Source: Perkinsela sp. CCAP 1560/9
Lineage: Eukaryota > Protista > Euglenozoa: Kinetoplastea
Reading direction: 5' to 3'
Length of the DNA: 64,000 nucleotides
NCBI GenBank assembly: GCA_965644495.1
Contig: CBFFSA010000018.1
Coordinates: 1 to 64,000 of the forward strand
Of the stretch, positions 36,569 to 47,475 are shown piece after piece; position 1 is the stretch's first letter; every line of letters starts with the position of its first letter. Under the pieces are notes generated by a model. That model was given only the letters and a program-made list of their open reading frames with translations, did no database searches and was not told the DNA's origin. A program made the position numbers and the translations under genes.

Positions 36569-37345
36569 ATGTCGTCTGACTCATCGTGGTCCGCGTCGTC
36601 GGGATCCGCCGAGATGTCGCTTTCTGGGGCCGGAGGTGGGGGTGGGAGTAGCCAATTGAGCTCTAACAAAGCTCTGGGCAAAGCATATCGCAACTGCGAA
36701 TGCTGCACTTTCTTTCAAAGAAAGAAAGGGAAAAAAGGGGTACTTGTGACCCTAAAGCACAGCGCTAGCAAGAAGCACAAAAGTGAAGCTCAGATTTACG
36801 AGCCATGGCAGCATTACGTTGCCGAAGAAGGTGCATTTTACACCTGCAAAGAATGTGCAAACGCGAACGTCCGTGTGGAACTGACTGTTTCCCTGATGAA
36901 GCGGCACATACTGGAACATTCAAAAGGATTGCACACCATTTGTGAACCTTGTTCCTTTTTTCAACAGCTCATGGGAAAACCCTCCGTATTGAGCGTACAG
37001 TATCACGACAACTGCGTGAAACACTAGCGTGAAAAAGAAAATTTTGACGCATGGAGAAACCTTCAAATTGAAGACAACTTTGCCAATGGCTTTACATGCA
37101 CGAAATGTGTTACGACACAGGGCGATCAAAACCCTGAGAATCATATATTTAAGTATGAGTGCATGCGCAAACATGTTTTCGAACATGGGCGCGGGGATCA
37201 TTCCCACTGCAAAGAGTGTTCCTTCTTTGCGGAGTTGCAAGGGAAACCTACAATCAAATGTACTCGAGAACATCTCTCGAGTACGAATCACAAAAATGAA
37301 AAATCCTTGTATGACATGTGGATGGGCCTTGGGGTGCAAGGTAAC
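36569..37345 (+). pseudogene. Truncated paralog of the Helitron zinc-finger ORF
   Basis: MSSDSSWSASS...CECCTFFQRKKGKK, diverged from 16162-17412, with an in-frame TAG. Cut off by the repeat family at ~37345. Confidence 0.82.
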
Positions 37346-37772
37346 GTGTTTTGGGCCGTTTTGGGTGCCTCACTAGTAGGTGCAGGAGGCGAATCTGTCG
37401 AAAAAAACGGCGTAGAATGGTAGCTGAGGTCCCAAAGTCTCCAAATACGTTTTAGGAGTCGATTTTGGAAAAACAATTTTTTTACTTTTTTTTGGGTCAA
37501 TTTGTTTTTGGTCACCCCAAAAATTTCGGAAATTTTGACCTTGTCAGACCCCTCCCGCGCGTACCAGGGGGGGGTACCCCCAGGGGGGTTAAAAATTATC
37601 GCCGCGGTCTACTCTACCACTTCCCTGGTAGAGTCTCTACCACTTCAGCTTTCCAGGCCAAATTTTCTTTTTTAGTCCCTTCGCTAAACGCGGTGGTAGT
37701 TTTCAACGCGAAGCGCGCAGCAGTGGTGACCTCTAAGTTGAAAACATCCACCGCGTTTAACGAAGCGCCTAA
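37346..37772. repeat. Terminal-repeat family fragments
   Basis: Inverted match to ~34610-34880, plus the palindrome at ~37665-37772. Confidence 0.75.
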
Positions 37773-37783
37773 ACAACATTTGT

Positions 37784-38806
37784 TTATGAAGAACTAGAAT
37801 TCATTGTTTTTGACCTCTCCTTTGAAGAGATAGAAATTATGAGGCTGGAGTGAAACTGAGAGAAACGCACGTTTCCATGAAGTCGATTTCCTTCTACATG
37901 TAGTTTTTTCAGACTTCGAGGAAGAGAATCTAACTTAATACTTCCCCGAAAGTGGTTATGATCCAATCGCAAAACCTCCAGACGAGACGGCAGAAGCGAC
38001 AAATCTAGACGCCCGTAAAATGCATTCATCTGTAGAAAAATCTCTATTATGCATGAGGGGAGGTGTCGAAGATTTACCTTTCCCGTAAAACTATTCGACT
38101 GCAAATGAAGAGAGAGAAGTGCCGGAGGGAGACTTTGAAGATCCACAGGCCCGATAAACAAATTTCCGTTCAACAACAACCGTTTTAGACACACGGGAAG
38201 CAAACTCAAGTACACTCCTCCGGAAAAAGTATTCTGGTGACAATATAAAAACTCCAACCCCATAGGGAGCGCACTAAGATCCACAACGCCTTGAAAACGA
38301 TTTAACCCAATATCTAAATGCCGTAGCCCTGGGGGGAGTGTCTGAAACGGAAACGAACCGGTAAACTCATTCCCCCCAATCTTTATGACCTCCAAAGCGA
38401 GGTGGGAGGGGTCGAGCACGACCTTCCCCCGGAGGTGGGTGCGTTGTAAACTAATTCGCGTCACCGATAGGGGCAGGAATCGCCAGTTCAGCTCCCCTAA
38501 AACCATAAGCCCAGCCCAGCGAAGCTCTAGAGGGTGTCCGAGCTCATTGCATTTCACACCGTACCAGTGGGAGAGGGGATGGGAGGCGTTCCAGCTAGGG
38601 TGGGGGGCTTTGATCGGGGCAATCAACGAGAGCATCGACTCAAGGGGGTGGGAGGAAGCGAGGAGGGGGGTTGGGGTTGGGAGAGGGGATGTCTTGGAGA
38701 GAGGTTTGGAGCTCGACAAGGGGTCATGAGCGTGTAAGGGGGTGGGTGTGGAAGGGGAAAGGGTGGGAAATGAGATGAGGAGGATGAGGAGGAAAAGGGG
38801 GATCAT
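37784..38806 (-). CDS. Leucine-rich repeat protein with predicted signal peptide
   Basis: Hydrophobic N-terminus, PSW...WYGVKC cap, and LPxxLxxLxLxxNxFxGxVDL repeats. Confidence 0.9.
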   Translation of the reverse strand: MIPLFLLILLISFPTLSPSTPTPLHAHDPLSSSKPLSKTSPLPTPTPLLASSHPLESMLSLIAPIKAPHPSWNASHPLSHWYGVKCNELGHPLELRWAGLMVLGELNWRFLPLSVTRISLQRTHLRGKVVLDPSHLALEVIKIGGNEFTGSFPFQTLPPGLRHLDIGLNRFQGVVDLSALPMGLEFLYCHQNTFSGGVYLSLLPVCLKRLLLNGNLFIGPVDLQSLPPALLSLHLQSNSFTGKVNLRHLPSCIIEIFLQMNAFYGRLDLSLLPSRLEVLRLDHNHFRGSIKLDSLPRSLKKLHVEGNRLHGNVRFSQFHSSLIISISSKERSKTMNSSSS

Positions 38807-38918
38807 GGAACCATGGGAGGGGGAGTGGAGGGAAGGTAGGGAAGGAAGAAAAGGGATAGGACGGGAAAGGTTGGAAAGGGAGAAAATGAAGAAATAAAAA
38901 AATGAAAGGAAAGCAGTA

Positions 38919-40309
38919 TGTGGATTGTCATACTCAGCGCAACAAAAGGTTAGTTTCTACATAATACACTTCATATACTAATTTCTACATAATTCAGTTC
39001 ATTCATGCCAAAGTACAGAAGATTATCTGAAAACAATCGCAAAGATATTCAAACGATGTTTGAAAGTGGCGCCACGAAGAGGGAAATTGCCCGATCGATT
39101 GATAAGTCCCCAAGTACGGTATGTCGTGAGCTGGCACGCAACAGGAAAAGAGGTGGGCAATACCGTTCCAGCCGTGCCCATCGTGTTGCCAAGAGACGAC
39201 TGGTTAATAAAGGAACCAGACCACGTCTAATTCGAGCCAGTCTTGAAAAAAGTGTAAAGACCCGTCTCCGAAAGCTTCACAGCCCGGAGCAGGTTGCTAA
39301 TACACTTGTTGTCGGCTCACAAGGTTCACCATCCACTTCCACAATCTATCGATTTGTTCGTCGAGACAAAGACAATGGGGGGAAGATTCATAGGTGCCTA
39401 CGGATCCGCGGAAGGCGGCCTTATGTTCGACGCATTCATGGTCGAAGTACCATTCCAAACCGGGTTTCTATCGATCATCGTCCCCAAATAGTAAACACAC
39501 GACGTCGGTATGGTGATTGGGAGGCCGATTTAATTGAGGGAGCAAAGAAAAGTGGGTATTTCATCCTGACCCTTTGTGAACGAAAGAGTAAGTTTGTTGT
39601 CCTTCGTGTATTTCAATCCAAGCAGTCAAAAGAAGTTGAAACACAGTTGCTGAAAGCCTTAAATAAATACAAAGCGCATACCATAACGTATGACAATGGA
39701 ACTGAAAACACCAATCATGAAGCCATCAACAAGAAGTTAGGATGCAAATCTTACTTTTGTCATCCTTACCATTCCTGGGAAAAGGGGGCCGTTGAAAACA
39801 TGAATGGTCTGGTCCGTCAGTATCACACCAAGTCAGATACTTTTGAGGAGTTGACACAGCGCGAAGTTAGTAAGACGGCCAACAAACTGAACAAACGGCC
39901 ACGAAAGTGCTTGAAATGGTTCTCCCCAAAGAGCTTGGAAGGCCAAATTTTACTATAAAGAGACGGTACTATACATGAAAGCAGTAAGTTGTATAGCCGT
40001 AAGTTGTAAAACAGTAAAGGTAAAAAGTTTATCTCTTTACTAAAGAAACGCGTTATGCTGTTCCGTCAATATCGATTATCCAGGTACTCCCTTTTTCTTC
40101 TCCTTACATATTTTTTTTTTCTTAATCCATTGTTTCTTTCTTAACATGGCTCATACAATCCCGCGTCCGTTTGTGGTGCTGTCCGACCGAAAAAACAGTG
40201 TTGCACTGAGTATGCGAAAATCCTGACATCCGGAACACACCCATATTTTTCTCATTTTTGTTGCACTGAGTATGACAAAAAGGTGTTGCACTGAGTATGA
40301 CAATCCACA
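38919..40309 (+). mobile_element. IS30-family insertion sequence, 1391 bp
   Basis: TIRs tgtggattgtcatactcag(c/t)gcaaca, TSD agta (38915-18 and 40310-13), empty site at 47250-47253. Confidence 0.95.
39005..39958 (+). CDS. IS30-family DDE transposase, intact
   Basis: N-terminal HTH REIARSIDKSPSTVCRELARN, SPEQV, GDWEADLI, ITYDNGTE, HPYHSWEKGAVENMNGLVRQY, LNKRPRKCL. Confidence 0.95.
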   Translation: MPKYRRLSENNRKDIQTMFESGATKREIARSIDKSPSTVCRELARNRKRGGQYRSSRAHRVAKRRLVNKGTRPRLIRASLEKSVKTRLRKLHSPEQVANTLVVGSQGSPSTSTIYRFVRRDKDNGGKIHRCLRIRGRRPYVRRIHGRSTIPNRVSIDHRPQIVNTRRRYGDWEADLIEGAKKSGYFILTLCERKSKFVVLRVFQSKQSKEVETQLLKALNKYKAHTITYDNGTENTNHEAINKKLGCKSYFCHPYHSWEKGAVENMNGLVRQYHTKSDTFEELTQREVSKTANKLNKRPRKCLKWFSPKSLEGQILL

Positions 40310-40570
40310 AGTAGAAGGGGGAAACAGATTAAACTTTTTGTGTGGAAGAAGGAAAGAAAAACGCATGATGGAGACAGAACTTGACGCGCAACGATGTATT
40401 CCAGATCTGTAATAGCAGATCGACATCTTGAACACTCTTCACACGTTGTACGCGTGTGTAAGAAAGGAAAACATGAAAGAAAGAGCTCTACATATTCTAA
40501 ACCGGGGGGTGGATGAATATCCTAATTGGATGAATATCCTAATTTATTGTTTTAGTAAATTTTTCTAAAA

Positions 40571-41116
40571 ATGTCCGTCGAATTTTTGGAGCGAAGAGCT
40601 ATGGAAGTTGCAAGTTGGACTCGCGTTGTTCTTCCCCCGGATGAAGATGAATGGGAAACCCTGGAGGACGATCCAGGGCTAGACTCCGCTGTTTTACACG
40701 ATGCTTCAACCGAACGAGATAATGTGGAGCAGCGCGATCATTTTGGCCCCTTGGATGACTCTGATCCCTCACTTTCGTCAAGCACCTCTAGCGATTCGGA
40801 AGATGAAAATATTTCCGATTCTGAATTCCAAAACGGTGCGGAAAACTTTAAGCGACGTTGCGCGGGTGAACGCACAAAGCGAACGTTTGGTGGAACGCAA
40901 CGGAAGCGCACAAGAGTGGGCATTCCGCAGCGCGTGAAAGCCAAAGCGTACTCTTTTTGGAAAAACCTATCTGAAACGGATCGAGAATCCTATGGAGTCA
41001 CGACACGCGTAACCAAATTTTTGGAAGAAGCCTATCCCGGACGAAACTATCAAGTTGTAAAGCTTAGCCAGCTAACCGGGCGTTACTTAATTACGGAATT
41101 TCTTAATTACGGTTAA
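40571..41116 (+). pseudogene. Hypothetical ORF, possibly a truncated transposase N-terminus
   Basis: Acidic then basic region; lies after a duplicated ggatgaatatcctaatt motif and is cut by a hairpin element. Confidence 0.3.
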
Positions 41117-41200
41117 CGGTTAAAATTTCGTCGATTTTAACCTTAAATCGGTTAACCGTAATTAGGGAGTAACCGTAATTAAGAAATTCCGTAAATAGGT
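41080..41200. repeat. Short fold-back element
   Basis: ttacggaatttcttaattacggtta ... taaccgtaattaagaaattccgtaa. Confidence 0.65.
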
Positions 41201-41842
41201 ACAGTGCTCGCAAAAATTAGTAAAACTTTTATTGTAAAATAATAAAAAAGTTTTACTAATTAAAAATTCACTAATTTTTGCACTGCCCCCAAAAATTTGC
41301 CAACTTGATAAAATCAATTTTTACAGAAAAGGTATTTCTGTCGTTTGAGTAGGTTGTCTCCTCTAAGGTCGGCGTTAGTACCATCTGCAAAATGGTAACG
41401 CTAGGGAAGACCGCGAGGAGGTCCCGACCATGCTTCCCCATGCTGAGTGTGTCAGGCTTCAGTGAAGCGTATTACAAAGAAAATCCTTAGAAAGAATATC
41501 CCCCAAAAAGGGATTGACTTTTACCCCCTCCCATACAATGTCCCTACATGAGCATTTTCTTAAATATGAAAAAAATCTCTTAAATACAAGAGAGAGAAAC
41601 ACCCCAAAAAAATAAGATTAATAAAAATCTTGCTCACAGAAATCTTGCTCGCTTTCGTGCGACATAGTAATTTGAAAACTTTTCGCAAAAAAAAAATAGA
41701 ATTCCGAAACAAAAAGATGTAAGGTGAAGAAAAGAAAAAAATGTAAGGTGTAAAACCAGAATTTTGCAAAATGTTTTACTAATTAAAAATTTACTAATTT
41801 TTGTTTTACGAATTATTGTTACACTAATAATTGTGTGCACTG
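41201..41842. mobile_element. Tc1-like non-autonomous remnant
   Basis: TA|cagtgc ... gcactg|TA ends with repeated aaaattagtaaa motifs; TIRs are imperfect. Confidence 0.5.
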
Positions 41843-42234
41843 TAAAATGGGTTATGCATTGACCGCAACGAATTTCAACATCAATGAAACGATAACAATC
41901 AATCGTCAATATCGTGCATCTTATACCCACTAGATTCGAAAGTGCGTTTTATCTTTCTTCTAGTGGTATCCGCATCATCGTTGCGTTCCCCGTAGCCAAA
42001 TCCAAGCTATAATGCTTCCAAGCCCCTCGTAATGCAATTATCTGATAATATGTAGCAACATGGTGGCGCATTCCACATTGCACGAGGAATGCCAGTCGCT
42101 CTATTCCTCGCCCAGGCGGCTTTCTGCAGATTCCTGATATTCCAGTCACAGGACGCATAAAAATATTTTGCTTGGAAAATAAAAATGTCAGTTTTAAACC
42201 CCCGTCCGGGTTAGTGTACCCCACCCCGGTACAA

Positions 42235-42424
42235 CCCAGGCTAAAGTGGACGAGGGAGATACTAAGGGCACCTTTAGCAATCTACCACAAAACTGGAACG
42301 GTATCTCCAGGTTTGTAAAGCATTCTGATGTGGCCCAAGAATCTTTAATGGGAGATACTGTCCCAGTTTTGTGGTAGATTGCTAAAGGTGCCCTTAGTAT
42401 CTCCTTCGTCCACTTTAGCCTGGG
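42235..42424. mobile_element. MITE with ~74-bp TIRs (CCCAGG family)
   Basis: cccaggctaaagtggacgagggagatactaagggcacc... and its inverse. A partial second copy lies at ~45649-45810. Confidence 0.8.
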
Positions 42425-43282
42425 TTACATAGCCATGTAAACATGCTCCCTCTTACAGCTTCCCACGCGAGGAAGTCGTCGTCGCCGCGGCAAAAAGACA
42501 GAAGGCTCCGCCTTCTGACTTTTGCCTTGCGCCTCCTCCTTCCTCTACGGCCTTGCGTGTCACAAACTTCGAGGTAAATTTTGGCTTCGGTAGGTGTACT
42601 AACAGCACATGGGGAAGAAATATCGAATTAAACCAAAGCTTATACAGGTATATCAGGCTCCAAACTCTCAAAAAACGGTCTAGGATTTGGGAAAAATATA
42701 TTTTTTCACTTTCACCCATAACTTTTCAGTTTTTTTTCAAAATTTCAGAAATTGCTATGATGACCCTGGTGGGGAGGGGGGGGGGAGGGGGCACCCATCG
42801 GATTTGGGAAAAACGAGTGATCTTGTTACTCAATTCGATTCATACGTCTTTGTAAACATTTTTTTCGAAAACTCACCTGAAACGATATCGGGCATGAGTC
42901 GGGCACGAAATCGGGCCACAAATCGGGCACGGCGAATTAACCTACGGTAGCGAGGGAGTAGTATCTCCCTCAATAACTAGCTACAAGTACAATACGTAGC
43001 TACAGGTACAATAAAAATTCCAAAAAATAATCAAAATAGTGCAAAAAAAAAATTAGTGCAAAAAAAAAGCCCCGGAAAAAAAAATTCCGGGGCTTTTCTA
43101 TTTTTATGTCTTCGCTGGTAGAAATGGTAAAATTGTAATCAATTAAAAAAAAATCTGTAAAAAGGCGAAAAAAAATTGGCGCCGCTTCGCGGCGCCCTCT
43201 TTTGCACAGGGGGAGTACAATAAAACCAAGCGTTTCCACTTATTGTACCCCACCGGTACAATAGCGAGCTACAGGTACATTA

Positions 43283-43629
43283 CAGTGCGTGGTGTTATTA
43301 CGGGACGGGGGAATTACGGGACGGCTTAATTACGGGACGGGTATTTAAGGGACAATATAGGGGTGGGGTCATACCTTTGGAAAAAGAACTACGAATGTAG
43401 CGCCCAAGTAACAGAGCGCGCAAGTTATCAGGCACACATAAAAGTGTATTTGTAAGATAACTGAACGAAAAGAACATAAATAAAGGAAGATAATTGAAAG
43501 AAAAAGGTATAGGAGATCCTTAGAAAACAAAATGAAGAATTAAGGGACGGTTGGTACTTTGGTTAAGGACTTTGGCCCTGATGGGGGGTGTCCCTTAATT
43601 AACCCGTCCCGTAATAAAGCCCCGTACTG
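43283..43629. mobile_element. Tc1/mariner/pogo-type MITE
   Basis: TA-flanked; imperfect TIR cagt.cg.gg..ttattacgggacggg with internal attacgggacgg repeats. Confidence 0.7.
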
Positions 43630-43919
43630 TAACCCGGAACGGGGTTTAATCTTAAATAGATTACAGGGGGGAAATTATGTTGTGTCAACAAAAGTCGTGT
43701 TAATTTCTGGGATTAACACGACTTTTGCTGACACAACTTATGTTGCCACAACTTTTGTCCCCTCCATCAGCGAGATAGCAGTTTTGTTCACTTTTTCCCC
43801 AAATTTGGCCAGGACGTGGCCCGTTGTTTTGACGAACACTTATTATTCCGGAAATTTTAGGGCCGTGTACTGCCATCCAAATCTTCATAGTGTCCAACTG
43901 ATGAAGGGAACGAATAATA

Positions 43920-44833
43920 TAGGCTCTTCGTTAAACGCGGTGGTTGTTTTCAACTTAGAAGTCACTCATGCTACGCTCTCCGAGTTGAAAACCACCACCG
44001 CGTTTAACGAAGAGCCTAAAAAAGAAAATTTAGCCTGGAAAATGAAAAGATTATAGCCAAAAATAGCCGAATTTCGGGTAAAAATGGGGTGATTTTCGCG
44101 TATTTTTGCTCTCCGAGCACTAAATCCGACATTTGCGCGTGGGAAATCACTCGTAGGCATGAATGAAAGCCTACCGAACGTATTGGGTAGAGAATACGAC
44201 TCCAACCATACCATTCTTTCGACACAAAAAGGGCCCTTTGGGTCCGAAAAATACTTTTTCACCTTTTTTAGTCAAAAATGGGTCATTTTGAGGGGCGCAC
44301 CACGGTTCGAAGAAGTGATACCTTGCGAAAACAACTGCGGAGAAAGCTAGTGTAGGTCCCAAACTATCAAAATACAATAGGGGAAACGATTTTGGAAAAA
44401 TATTTTTTTTGTCATTTTTTTCGCTAAGTTGAAATTTTTTTCAAAATTTTTTTTCCGAAAAAATCCGAACTCTACGACGGGCGGATCCGTCCTGCGGATA
44501 TGCGCGGGGGTCACCCCCGGGTAGGGGGGTGGAAAATGCGCGCCAAGACCCCGGCTACCCTTTCTGCGGTTTTCTTTCGAAAACTAATTTTTTCGAAAAA
44601 AATTGCTCGACCATGACCCCCCCTCCTGGACCCCTCCCCATGGAGCCCCCCCCCTGGACCCGCCCCCCTGGACCCCCCATTTTTTTCAAATTTTTTTTTC
44701 AGTTTTGGTCCACCGGACCCCTTTTATATTTTTTCTTCTATTATATTACTGTGTTCCCCTTTATATTTTCACTGTTTTTGTTCACTTTTTTTTCAATAAT
44801 CGAGTGTAGAGCGGTAGTTTTACAACCACCGCA
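43920..44833. mobile_element. Near full-length copy of the non-autonomous Helitron2-like repeat
   Basis: Colinear with 52264-53170, including both terminal hairpins. Confidence 0.8.
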
Positions 44834-45999
44834 AATTTCAATTATTTCCATACACGAATACATTAGAAATTTACACCATATTTGCTCTACTTTTTGGTCA
44901 AAAAAAATTGGTCATTTTTTCTTGGACGGTTTTTTTCAAAACGGCACTATACAGTGTAAGTGGGGGGTACCCCGCGGCACTATAAGTGGGGGGGGCACAG
45001 TATATTAAATTTTCAAAATTGAGCTAGGGGAAGTGATAGCACACGCGTAGGAGATTATTTTTCACCGACACAACAGGGTTTAACTCTGCGTTGTGCTCGC
45101 AGGATGTGTCCGACACAATCCTGCCTACTGGTAAGGCATCCAAAACGGCCCAAATTCGGGTTAAAATTTCGCAATTTTTGGCGAAAAATCGAGGTTTTTC
45201 ACCCAAAAAACTAGATTATTCATGATATTTTGGCAATTTTTCTTTTTTAGGCTCTTCGTTATACGCGGTGGTAGTTTTCAACGCGAAGCGCGCAGCATGA
45301 GTGACTTCTAAGTTGAAACAACCACCGCGTATAGCGAAGAGACTAAAAATGCGACGTTTTTTCGATAAGATACCTAAACAACCCGTACTGTTAAAGAATT
45401 CAAAATCCCAGGTCAAAACACAGGGAAATCTGATGTTCTTGGGAAAAAAATAGTTTTGGCCCCCGGAGAACAGAATTATGTTTTGAGCGTTTGGAGCCTG
45501 ATATACCTGTATACGCTTTGGTTTCATTCGATGCGTCTTCACCCTGTGCTGGTCAACATTCAACTGGAAGTGTGTGACACGCGAGGCCGTAGAGGAAGGA
45601 GGAGCAGCTGTAAGGAGTCCTAGGGAGCATGTTTTGATGGCTATGTAATCCAGGCTAAAGTGGACGAGGGAGATACTAAAGGCACCTTTGGAAAACCACC
45701 TCGAAACTGGAACGGTATCTCTCGATTTGTAGAGCATTCTGATGTGACAAAAGGATCTCTAACGGGAGATACCGTTCCAGTTTTGTGGTGGTTTTCCAAA
45801 GGTGCCCTTTGTAATGCGAAGGTATAGTAATATTAACCCGGACAGTGGTTTAGGAGTTATTGCTCTTCCCTCACACTGATTAAGCATTGTATGATGCTTA
45901 ACCTTCCGTGCTTGGGACCGGTGACAAGCGTGTTTATAGAGTCGGTAAAAATGATATTTGCACCCCCAAAAAATGAACTATTCATGATCTTTTGCAGAG

Positions 46000-47437
46000 A
46001 TTCTTTTTAGTCCCTTCGCTAAACGCGGCGGTAGTTTTCAACGCGAAGCGCGCAGCAGTGGTGACCTCTAAGTTGAAAACATCCACCGCGTTTAACGAAG
46101 CGCCTAAACAACATTTGTTTATGAAGAACTAGAATTCATTGTTTTTGACCTCTCCTTTGAAGAGATAGAAATTATGAGGCTGGAGTGAAATTGAGAAAAA
46201 CGTACGTTTCCATGAAGTCGATTTCCTTCTACATGTAGTTTTTTCAGACTTCGAGGAAGAGAATCTAACTTAATACTTCCCCGAAAGTGGTTATGATCCA
46301 ATCGCAAAACCTCCAGACGAGACGGCAGAAGCGACAAATCTAGACGCCCGTAAAATGCATTCATCTGTAGAAAAATCTCTATTATGCATGAGGGGAGGTG
46401 TCGAAGATTTACCTTTCCCGTAAAACTATTCGACTGCAAATGAAGAGAGAGAAGTGCCGGAGGGAGACTTTGAAGATCCACAGGCCCGATAAACAAATTT
46501 CCGTTCAACAACAACCGTTTTAGACACACGGGAAGCAAACTCAAGTACACTCCTCCGGAAAAAGTATTCTGGTGACAATATAAAAACTCCAACCCCATAG
46601 GGAGCGCACTAAGATCCACAACGCCTTGAAAACGATTTAACCCAATATCTAAATGCCGTAGCCCTGGGGGGAGTGTCTGAAACGGAAACGAACCGGTAAA
46701 CTCATTCCCCCCAATCTTTATGGCCTCCAAAGCGAGGTGGGAGGGGTCGAGCACGACCTCCCCCCGAAGGTGGGTGCGGTGTAAATTAATTCGCACCACC
46801 GATAGGGGCAGGAATCGCCAGTTCAGCTCTCCTAAAACCGAAAGCCCAGCCCAGCGAAGCTCTAGAGGGTGTCCGAGCTCATTGCATTTCACACCGTACC
46901 AGTGGGAGAGGGGATGGGAGGCGTTCCAGCTAGGGTGGGGGGCTTTGATCGGGGCAATCAAGGAGAGCATCGACTCAAGGGGGTGGGAGGAAGCGAGGAG
47001 GGGGGTTGGGGTTGGGAGAGGGGATGTCTTGGAGAGAGGTTTGGAGCTCGACAAGGGGTCATGAGCGTGTAAGGGGGTGGGTGTGGAAGGGGAAAGGGTG
47101 GGAAATGAGATGAGGAGGATGAGGAGGAAAAGGGGGATCATGGAACCATGGGAGGGGGAGTGGAGGGAAGGTAGGGAAGGAAGAAAAGGGATAGGACGGG
47201 AAGGGTTGGAAAGGGAGAAAATGAAGAAATAAAAAGATGAAAGGAAAGCAGTAGAAGGGGGAAACAGATTAAACTTTTTGTGTGTGGAAGAAGGAAAGAG
47301 AAACGCATGATGGAGACAGAACTTGACGCGCAACGATGTATTCCAGATCTGTAATTGCAGATCGACATCTTGAACACTCTTCACACGTTGTACGCGTGTG
47401 TAAGAAAGGAAAACATGCAAGAAAAAGCTCTACATAT
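46000..47437. repeat. Segmental duplicate of ~37665-40498 lacking the IS30
   Basis: Same palindrome, LRR gene and upstream region at high identity. Confidence 0.9.
46119..47141 (-). CDS. Leucine-rich repeat protein, paralog of 37784-38806
   Basis: Start at MIPLFLL; differs from the paralog at only a few residues. Confidence 0.9.
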   Translation of the reverse strand: MIPLFLLILLISFPTLSPSTPTPLHAHDPLSSSKPLSKTSPLPTPTPLLASSHPLESMLSLIAPIKAPHPSWNASHPLSHWYGVKCNELGHPLELRWAGLSVLGELNWRFLPLSVVRINLHRTHLRGEVVLDPSHLALEAIKIGGNEFTGSFPFQTLPPGLRHLDIGLNRFQGVVDLSALPMGLEFLYCHQNTFSGGVYLSLLPVCLKRLLLNGNLFIGPVDLQSLPPALLSLHLQSNSFTGKVNLRHLPSCIIEIFLQMNAFYGRLDLSLLPSRLEVLRLDHNHFRGSIKLDSLPRSLKKLHVEGNRLHGNVRFSQFHSSLIISISSKERSKTMNSSSS

Positions 47438-47475
47438 TCTATCCTTTTCTCACACACGCCTCCCTGCCCCTTTTC

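Noticed and set aside
38919-40309. Bacterial contamination
   Set aside because: The TSD and the matching empty site in the paralogous eukaryotic locus argue for a real insertion.
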